Shown here in pieces: positions 62,479 through 64,000 of a DNA stretch of 64,000 nt. The position numbers were made by a program, and so were the translations under genes. The notes beneath the pieces were generated by a model. It ran no database searches, was not told the DNA's origin, and was given only the letters and a program-made list of their open reading frames with translations. Positions within the stretch are counted from its first letter, which is position 1, and each line of letters begins with the position of its first letter. The stretch comes from Chrysemys picta bellii (taxonomy: Eukaryota). Where the stretch lies: assembly GCF_011386835.1 (NCBI RefSeq), contig NC_088806.1:26474001-26538000 (forward strand), given 5' to 3'.

Positions 62479-63063
62479 GGAAAGCTCACAGTTGGTGACA
62501 AATTAGAATTAACCTTCACTCAGACAGCTGACTTGATTGTAGGATATTTCCCTATAGTCAATCATTGAAAATTGAGGACAGTGATAACATACTTGAAGGC
62601 AAAAATGCTAAGAAGAATTTCAGACAAAGGAAATATTCATTGCTAAAATCAGCACATTACTTAATGCTCTGTTTAACAATATAATTGTCAATCCAATGCC
62701 CAGGGAAAGTCAATTTAAAAAGTCCAATGACTTCAGTGGTCTTTGGATCAGTCCCAATTTGGAAAACAACCTTAAGAAACAGAACCTCATCTTTTTAGTT
62801 GCTGATAAACCGTGTCTATTTAAACAACCTTAGAAGATTTCTACAAAGTGATTCTACAAAAAGATACCGAAGTTATGGAGGGGGAAGGATGGAAGCCTTT
62901 CAAATAATTTAAGTTCTGTATAGTGATATCTTACTATCTACCACATACATGTAAATTCCAAATGCCAATGTTATGTAAATATGGCATTGTCCTAGGGTGA
63001 TAGTTATGGAAGGGATAGTAAATAGATGGTGAACTTGGACAGACAGCATATCAGGCAATGACA

Positions 63064-63069
63064 AATAAA
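63064..63069 (+). terminator. Candidate polyadenylation signal of POU2AF2
   Basis: First AATAAA I found after the stop codon, about 590 nt downstream. Confidence 0.45.
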
Positions 63070-64000
63070 CTTCTGTAACCTAAAATCAGCCACAATGGAT
63101 TGCTTCAAGGAAAATTATGATTGCAGTATACGAGCGCTTATCTGTTACAGTGGTTTTCATACCCAAATAATTACTATTTGTTATTATTCATTTATTGTGT
63201 GTAATGCTCCAAACAGCTCCAAGCCCCCCTTGTGCTATGCAAATACATAGTAAGTGACAGTCCCTGCCCAAAGAGCTTGTAATCTAAAACCCAGATCCTG
63301 CAAAGACTTAACTTTAAACGGGTAAATGGTCCCATTGATGTGTAAATGGTCCCACTAACTTCAAAGGCACTACTCCTGGGTGCAGAGGTCTGCCTGCATG
63401 GATCCATTTGCAGGTTGAGGGCCAGTGTTTTTCCAAAGCCATTCTAAATTAGAGCTGTATGGGTATTTCTTGAAGCATAGAGGAAGAGGTGTCTGTATAT
63501 AAATTATACAATCATATTTTGAAGGCCCATAATTTTACACCCCAACCCTGTTTTTTTTTCTAATGGCAAGGTCCATTAAACTCAAAATATCCCTTTAATT
63601 ATTATTTGCATTGTGATACCACCTAACAGTCCCACCCAATATCAGAGCCCCGCTACGCTAGGTGCTGTACGAACACATAGTGAGAGATAATCCCTGTCCC
63701 AGAGATCTTAAAATCTAGACAAGGGATACAAACGGTGGGAGGAAAAACTAAGCACAGAGGGGAAAGCCTATTGATTTCACTGGGAATGAGGCATCTAAAT
63801 ACGGGTGAGGATCTGGGCCAAAATGACATCCCTAAGATCCCACAGCAGGATACTGGCAGAACCAGGAATAGAGCCCAGGTCTCCGTATTGCAGGCCAGTG
63901 TCCTGACCACTGGATCATACAACTCTTTTAGCCAAGAAGACACTTCATTACTATTTTTTTCTCATGTGATGAAATTCAACAGCCCAGATCTCACACGCAG

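Overview
Vertebrate genomic DNA, most likely a turtle (inferred from the repeat landscape: CR1 LINE 3' ends, CORE-type SINEs, Harbinger and hAT MITEs, Penelope-type short elements). I reconstructed four intron-containing genes by hand from splice sites and reading phase. (1) The 5' end of ABCG4 (minus strand; first coding exon 2166-2394, CpG island about 4200-5100; the remaining exons lie left of the window). (2) A 5-exon minus-strand gene (14871-19805) that I cannot name. It encodes a secreted protein of about 190 aa with 20 Cys: signal peptide, 6-Cys module, sushi/CCP domain and 10-Cys module, all introns phase 1. (3) Complete HINFP (minus; 9 coding exons, 24709-31787, 546 aa). (4) Complete POU2AF2/C11orf53/OCA-T1 (plus; 5 coding exons, 39490-62478, 281 aa), divergent from HINFP. 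Best leads: the unnamed secreted gene; two ~190-bp fold-back retro-insertions with target-site duplications whose arms carry a hammerhead-ribozyme-like motif; paired octamer motifs at the POU2AF2 promoter and intron 2, suggesting POU2F3/OCA-T1 self-reinforcement; an array of eight nuclear-receptor half-sites beside the HINFP promoter; and a GC-rich to AT-rich switch at the HINFP/POU2AF2 junction, which is a synteny break relative to human. No database search was possible: gene identities come from remembered orthologue sequences and motif counts were made by eye.
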